Shown in pieces: positions 55,975 to 64,000 of a DNA stretch of 64,000 nucleotides (position 1 is the stretch's first letter; each line of letters starts with the position of its first letter). Below the pieces are notes generated by a model. That model ran no database searches. It was not told the origin of the DNA and was given only the letters and a program-made list of their open reading frames with translations. The stretch lies in assembly GCF_009914755.1 (NCBI RefSeq), contig NC_060926.1. The stretch is one strand, 5' to 3'. Source of the stretch: the human T2T-CHM13v2.0 reference genome, Homo sapiens. The position numbers were made by a program, and so were the translations under genes.

Positions 55975-57171
55975 AAACACACAAAAGTGGTTTAAGCAAT
56001 GAAAGACATTTAATTATCTCATTTAGCAAGAAATTTCAGCCTTGGTTCTTTGGCAAAAGTACCTTTGGGGGCCAAGGTGTTTTCTTTTTAATTGAGGTAA
56101 AATATACATAAAATTTTACCATTTTAGACATTTAAGTGTACAGTTTAGTGGCATTAAGTACTCAGACATTATTGTACAACTATCACTACTGTTTATCTTT
56201 ACAACTTTTTCAACATCCCAAACATAAACTCTGTGCCCATTAAACCATCACTCCCCATACTCCCCTCCCCTCAGTCCCTGGTAATCACTGTTCTGCTTTC
56301 TGTCTCTGTGAATTTGTTCACTCTCAGTACCTCATGTAAGTGGAATCATAAACTATTTATCTGTTTATGTCTGGCTTATTTCACTTAGCATGAAGTTTTC
56401 AAGGTTCGTCCGTGTTGTAACAAGTATGAGTACTTCATTCCTCTTTCAGGCTGAAGGATACTTCGTTATGTACATATCACATTTTGCTTAGCCATGCATT
56501 CATTGATGAACATTGTACACATCACATCTTGTTTAGCCATTCATTCATTCATTCATTGATGAACATTTGGGTTGTTTCTGCCTTTTGGGTCTTATGAATA
56601 AGCAGCTATGAATATTGGTGTACAAATATGTGTTCAAGTCCCTGCTTTCACTTCTTGTGGGTCAATTACTACAAGTGGAATTGCAGGATCATGTGGTAAT
56701 TCTATGTCTGATGTTTTGAGGAAAGATGCCATACTGTCTTCCGCAGTGGCCACAACATTTTACATTCCCGCTCACGATGCCCGAGAATTCCACTTTCTCT
56801 GCACCTTTGTGGACACCTTCTATTTTATGATTTTCTTTCTTCTGACATTAACCATCCTAATGAGTATGCAGAGCTGTCTCACTGGAGTGTAGATTTTCAC
56901 TTCTTAGAACATAGAGTGCCATGAGCTCAAGGGCAGGAGGGACAGAGCTCCAGCAAGTGATGTAGTAATTATGGCAAGGGGTGAGGTACCAGGGCAGGCT
57001 TTCTAAATCATGCAAGGGAAACTAGTAAGAACGTGGCCTCCTCTGCTTCCTGCGACCACAGTGGGGGCTGCACTGACACTGAGACCAAGAAGAGCTAGTG
57101 GACATGAGGCTTGGAATGTGACTGTGAAGAGAAGGGAGGAACCCCACGGGACTGCACTTAGGCAAGAGGTC
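55975..57171 (-). other. CXCR2P1: CXCR2P1 3' UTR homolog, including an old L1 fragment; ATTAAA at 56009-56014
   Basis: Continues the recalled CXCR2 3' UTR (aagtgaaaatctacactccagtgagacagctctgcatactc...). The minus-strand ATTAAA lies in an LTR33-like end fragment. Confidence 0.65.
56085..56890 (-). mobile_element. L1MB-like 3' fragment inside the CXCR2P1 3' UTR
   Basis: aattgaggtaaaatatacata...ctggcttatttcacttagcat...ggaattgcaggatcatgtgg. Confidence 0.8.
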
Positions 57172-58244
57172 TTAGAGAGTAGTGGAAGTGTGCCCTGAAG
57201 AAGAGCCAACAAAGGAAGGCCTGCTGTCTTTGGGCAGGGAGTCCTTGCTGATCAAGCCGTGTATGGCTATAATCTTGAGAAGTCCATGGCAAAACTTCTG
57301 GCCAATGAAGGCGTAGATGAGGGGATTGAGGTAGCTGTGAAGGATGCCCAGAATCTCAGTGGCATCCAGGGCCTGGTTGATGTCGTTGCGGCGCTCACAG
57401 GTCTCATTGGTCATCTGGGTTCCCATGAGGGTGTCTGCCAGCAGGACCAGGTTGTAGGGCAGCCAGCAGAGCAGGAAAATGAGGACAACAGCAAAGATGA
57501 CCCACATGGTCCAGTGCTTCTGCCCCATATGGGCCTTAAACAGCGTATGCAGGGTGAATCTGTAGCAGAACAGCATGATCGCAGCGGCACGATGAAGCCA
57601 AAGGACTGGGGCAGGATCCGTAACAGCATCCACCAGTTTGCTGTATTGTTGCCCATGTCCTCATAGCAGACTGGGCTAACATTGGATGGGTAGAAGGTCC
57701 TTCGGAAAAGCAAGATGCGTAGGGACAGTAACAGGAACAGGTTCCACAAACCCAGACATATGAACTTGACCAAGTGGCGCTGCTGGGTCAGTGTGCGTGT
57801 GGCATGGACAATGGCCAGGTAACAGTCCATGCTGCGGCAGGCCAGTAGTAGAATACCACCGTAGAAGTTGACTTCCTTCAGGAGCTAGACCACCTGGCAC
57901 AGATTGTGCCAAAAATCCAGCCATTCATCTTGGAGGCAGCCAAGATGGGCAATGTCAGGGAAAAGAACAGGTCGGCCAAGGCCAGGGTCAGCAGGTAGAC
58001 ATCGGTGACAGTGGCTGACTCAGCTGAATAAGATGACCAGCATCGGCAGGGAGTTTCACATCACGTTCAGTAGAAACATCAGGGCATAGATGATGATCAA
58101 AACATAATTGATTTCTAGGGATTCTGGCCAACATGGGGCAGAATCTAGTAGAAAAGGGGTAGGGTCATAGCTGAAACTGTAATTACTAAAATCTCCACTG
58201 AAGATGTCTTCCCACATGTAATTTTCCCAGCCAAAATTTTCCAT
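57172..58244 (-). pseudogene. CXCR2P1: Unprocessed CXCR2 (IL-8 receptor B) pseudogene, coding region
   Basis: Class A GPCR motifs in three frames ([50 protein letters not shown]) and the CXCR2-type C-terminus [25 protein letters not shown]. Stops at 58056-58058, 58020-58022 and 57885-57887. Frameshifts at ~58010 (-2), ~57903 (-1) and ~57580 (-1). Intact acceptor ctatAG|gccaggatttaagtttacctcaaaaATG at 58270/58269, so it is a genomic duplicate rather than a retrocopy. Confidence 0.95.
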
Positions 58245-58949
58245 TTTTGAGGTAAACTTAAATCCTGGCCTATAGAAGAGAGAAGAGGATTATTGCACAA
58301 TAAACCTTACCCAGATTCTTGCCTATCCATCCAAGAAACTGGGATAGGATTCTTTGTGTTGGCTTGTATATTACATGGAAGTAATTTTCACCTCTAATTT
58401 GTATATGGCAGGTAGTCTAAAGTTTTGAGGCAATGTTAGTGATAAATGCCACAATTTATCAAAAGACTTCCATACTGATTCCCTTCCATGCTGGACACAT
58501 ATTCTTGCATTTCCCATGACATCACAGTCTCCCAAAACTTTGTAGAATGTTCCCTGTGGATAATAACTACAGGACACTCAATCCTACTTGGATCCCTCAG
58601 TGGTGAGCACCTTCAGCTGTCAAGGCTGGGTTTAATGTTCAGAAACATGAGATGCCACTCAGTTCTTAATCAGGGGACTAAGCAGCCACTCCAATGGGGT
58701 TGTACCCTCAAAACAGATCAAGGTTTGACTATAAAAGTGAGGGATGAATCTCTTTGTGCACCCTTCTGAAAGTTATTTTGAAAGAAATGTTCTGGAAAAC
58801 AGTTTGAACAGTAGCATGGAGTTTTGGAAGGCTCGAGATAGAAGAATCTTCAGTTAATTAGTAAGGCCCAGCATTTCTCTTTTGGGTAGAAGGAGGCCTG
58901 CTCTGGGAATGTGTGTGTACTTTGGAAAAGTATATTAAAAATGATAAGT

Positions 58950-59638
<689 letters not shown>

Positions 59639-60164
59639 TTATTTGGGGAGCTCTGAGCAGCCATGTGCTGCCATGCAGGATGAGCAGACACAGCCAGCCT
59701 GCACCCCAATAAGAGGGAACGGCGGCAGGAAGCAGAGAAAACAGGGGCTGCACTACCCTTGCTTGGTGGCTCTCCAGCCTTGCTGGGGACCCTCCCTGTC
59801 CTGCATGTGTGTGCCTCCATCCAGCCCTGACTCCCCTGTTCTTCTCATTCAGTCCATCTCTGCTGGCTCTGCCCTTGCTACAGGGACAGGAGAGATCCCG
59901 CTCTGGGGAAGCCTGGGTGTAGAGGGTGGGCTGAAGCCATTCAAAAATGTTATCCCAGTTTCTCAAAGAAGAAGTCAACTAAAGCAATCCAGCTCCCTAA
60001 TTAGCTTTTTTCCGAACCACAAAATAGATCACCCTCTGGCCATTGCCTTAGAGTCTAAGGGATGACCATCCTACCATCAACCAGGTCCAAGTCCATAACC
60101 TACCCCCAAAATGGAACCCAGTGACAGAGAAAAACCAGAAAGTTAAAGGTCCCAGAACCCACTT

Positions 60165-60410
60165 CACACTCACCAGGCTGGGCACAGTCAGAAAAAGATG
60201 CCCAAGAACAATGTGGGTGAGGAAGTGGAAAAGTCAGAACTCTCCCACATCGCAGGTGGGAATGTAAGATGGGGCAGCTGCTTTGAAAAACAGTTTAGCA
60301 GTTGCTCAAAAAAGTTAAACACAGAGTTACCACATGAACCAGCAACCCCCATCCTAGGGATATACCCAAGAGAATTGAAAGCTATGCCCACACAAAAACT
60401 AATGTTCATA
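60165..60410 (+). mobile_element. L1M ORF2 3' fragment
   Basis: Translates as NVGEEVEKSELSHIAGGNVRW...KKLNTELPHEPATPILGIYPRE. Confidence 0.8.
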
Positions 60411-62341
60411 GTGGCATGCTCCAGCCCTCAGGAATTAACCAGCAGGCAAGGGGCAGAGTGGGCCAAGAGGAATAGGAAGAACCTCAGAACCTCTGCAGGA
60501 AGCAGCTAGGAGCGAACATGGTAGGTGTTGAGTCATGGGTGTGAGCGAGGGGCACAGTGTGAGGGCAGAGCATCAGGCTCTCGGTTCCCCAAAACTAGCA
60601 GGGAGGTGGGGCCCCTGCAAGTGCTGTATTAGACAAAATAATCTCACCACCTTACACGTCAGCCCATAAGGCAAGGTTCCTAGGAAGCTCTTCCTTCACC
60701 TGAGCTGAGCTTCCACCTCTGAGTCTCCTCTTCTTTCAACCAAACAAAAGTCCTTTCTGACCCCTCTTGATACCTGCTCCTATCTGGGTAAAAACAGGAG
60801 CCCGAGGGTCCCCAAACTCTAAGGCTTCAGCCACAGCCCATCAGAGGCCAGAAGTTGGTCACAAAACAATAGTATTTTCCATGAACCCATAAGCACCCCA
60901 CCCCAGCCCCGCTCCACCTGGCCACCAGATTCGCTGTACTTACACTTTCTGGACACTGCCATCTCCCTGGGAAATTCTGCACTGGAGTTTTGCGGAAAGT
61001 GAAGCGTGAAGAAGTATGGGATGAGGGATGGGGAAGCAGAGCCAGAAGGGCTCAAGGCCAGGCGCCTGGAAGCAGAGGGCCCCAGGGTGCCTCCTCCACC
61101 ACCAAGAACCTTCAGCTCCTGGTTACAGTGCTGGCTCCCAGCTCTGGTGGTCAGCCAGACTGGCCAAGACCCTCCCCAGCCTGGACCAGCCCACTCCTCT
61201 CCAACTCCCTGCCCTCCATGGGCAGCAGAGTCCAAGCCAACCCCAAGTTGGGTCTCCAGTGCTGATCCCATTCGGGGCTCTCCCACCCACCTCTCCATCT
61301 CAATCCACATCCTCCCTCGCTCCATCCCACAACCCTGGGCCAGAGGTTTCAGGCAGGGGTTGCCCCAGCTGTAGCAAGTACTGAGGTCCGGGGAGAGCTG
61401 GAGTTGGGGATACAGGAGTGGCCACCAGCTGGCAGGGGAAGGTGCAACTTGAGGCCAAGTCTGAGCCACCATGATCTTTACCCACCCCAGGCAGCTTTAG
61501 GAGGGGAAGAGAGGGTGCTCCCCCTACACCTTCCCCACTGGTGCCATGCTGAAGGGGCAATTGGGGCTTCCAGAAGAGAAGTCCCTGTGCCCAAAGACCC
61601 TGGCACCCTAGTTTCCAGGTCCCCCTCCTATTCCCATCCCACAACCGCCTGCCTGCCTGCCCTCCCCCTCCAGTTCCTCCCCACCCAGCACCCATCCTAT
61701 CCCCTAACCCCATCCCCTCCCCTGCAGGGAGCCCAGCCTTGAAGCACAGCAGGCTTCTCCGGGTCCCCCTTCATCACCCCGATCCCGTTTCCTTGTCTAG
61801 AACAGAGGCCAGCCTAAAACATCTGGGCAGGCAGTCCTAGTGCAAGTTCTGGATTGGGGGTTGGGGGACAGACACTGAGGTCAGCTCCATATGGATTCTC
61901 CAGCCTGGGAACGGGTGGAGAATCATCTCATCTTTGTGAGATGAGAGGGGCCATTTTCAACGTCCTCCCACTCCTTCCCACCCACACCCAAGCCATCTCC
62001 ACATCGAGTCCTTTATCCAAAATTAGTCGTGGCCCCACTCAGCCCTCTCCCTGGCCCACTGCAGGCAGGGCATCAGAGTCAGAGTAGGAGAGGAGGGGTG
62101 GGGGGAGAGGGAGGGGCAGAGGGGAGGCAGCTTCAGTCTGCTCATTAACCACCTTGATTGGCCATTTCTGCCCAGAGGGGCGAGGAAGGAGGAAGGGCTT
62201 GTGCTGGGGAAGGTGCAGGGCGTGCTCCTGCCAGGCTTTGCCCAAGGGCAAGGGAGCAGGGCCCATGCTTTAGAGTGGAGATGGAGACAGTGCTTTGAAC
62301 CCTAACCTTGCCGGGCCTGCCAGCCCCACTCACTCACTCAC

Positions 62342-62560
62342 CTTTCCTGTAGAGGAGCCACTGAATGAGGTGGGTGTCTGGGACAAGGGATTCCCAGGAC
62401 AGGAGTGGTGGCTGGTGGTGGGAGTAGCAGCTGTGGCTGGCAAGAAGCTGGTTTCCCAGAAGAAGGCAGCGAGTGAGCCTGTGTCCAAGCAGGGAGCGGG
62501 ATGCAAGGAGCAGAGCTGGCCCCAGGGCCACTGCTGGGAGCAACTGAGCAGAGGGCTCTA
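62342..62560 (-). other. CXCR2P1: Candidate upstream non-coding exon of CXCR2P1
   Basis: Consensus AAG|GTGAGT minus-strand donor at 62342/62341, 4 kb upstream of the intact acceptor at 58270. The 5' end is approximate. Confidence 0.5.
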
Positions 62561-62981
62561 CTAGTGGGGTTCCCTCCCAGACCAGCCCAGGAGGCGGGTC
62601 AGCAGTGCACCGCCTCCTTCCAGGAGTCAGACAGCAGTGGGCCCCCTCTGCCAGCCATGGCCTCCTTTAACCCCTGCAATGCCCTGCTGGCTGCACTCTA
62701 GCCGGCTCTGGCCAGGCCGTGTCAGGGCACAGACACTTGGGGCAGGAGATCACCAGGGAGTGTGGCTGCCCCTCCTTCAGCCACTGGCCTAGCAGCCTCC
62801 CTGGGGACAGGAGGGGTGGGGCCAGAAGACTTGGGGGACAAGGGGGGTGGGGAAGGGAACAGGGAGGCATCAGGGCCTTGAGAGGGCCAGGACCCCATAG
62901 AAGAGACACAGGTGCAGAGAAATGTCCAAAGTGCTGCTAGGTGGGGAAGGATGGTTGCTGAGATGATGATGATGATGATAA

Positions 62982-63710
<729 letters not shown>

Positions 63711-63753
63711 CACAAACACCACACTGTCTTGATTACTGTTGCTTTAATGGTAA

Positions 63754-64000
63754 TTTCTAGACTCTGAGAGCTGAGGATACCGATACACCTGTGTGTTTAG
63801 TCAGTGGGAATTTTGTACACTTTTCTGTATTTACGAAATATTTCAACACGCTAATACAGACAAATGTCTGAAGCTGCCTTGTCAGTCACCGTCTCTGTGA
63901 GATGAGAGAGGTCATTTTCAACTTCCTCCCGCTCTTTATCACCCATGTACAAGCCATCTCCGCATCCGGTCCTTTCTCCCAAGTTAGTCGTGGCCCCACT
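63754..64000 (+). repeat. Local low-copy duplication, copy C (runs off the window end)
   Basis: Aligns by eye to 26644-26878 in direct orientation. Confidence 0.85.

Noticed and set aside
57259-57666. 135-aa plus-strand ORF
   Set aside because: Antisense shadow of the GPCR pseudogene.
57172-57830. Residual TM3-5 and TM5-7 ORFs as functional receptor halves
   Set aside because: They lie downstream of several stops, DRY is mutated, and they are split by a frameshift.

Overview
Human-type genomic DNA (Alu/MIR/L1/L2/ERV landscape) that I recognise as the TNS1 5' end / CXCR2P1 / RUFY4-upstream region of 2q35. The recognition comes from translated peptides and from recalled paralog sequences; no search was run. 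The GC-rich left half (1 to ~33 kb) is TNS1 intron on the minus strand. It holds two alternative first coding exons (MTRLSW... at 7056-6961 and MGCTVS... at 30810-30655), each in a CpG-rich promoter and each ending in a phase-0 donor. The AT-rich middle (~33-55 kb) is nested ERV1/L1/Alu debris, but it also contains a plus-strand near-copy of the CXCR1 promoter/exon 1 with a broken splice donor (~36.6-37.7 kb). The right part carries the unprocessed CXCR2 pseudogene (minus strand, 58244-57172; 3 stops, 3 frameshifts) with its 3' UTR, splice acceptor and a candidate upstream exon. Most notable: an apparent mirror-image relic of the CXCR2-CXCR1 pair, promoter-selected lipid-anchor N-termini for tensin-1, a thrice-present ~125-250 bp segment, and a 62-aa ORF surviving at the head of the pseudogene. 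Almost all ORFs in the supplied track are spurious. Repeat boundaries and subfamily names are approximate.
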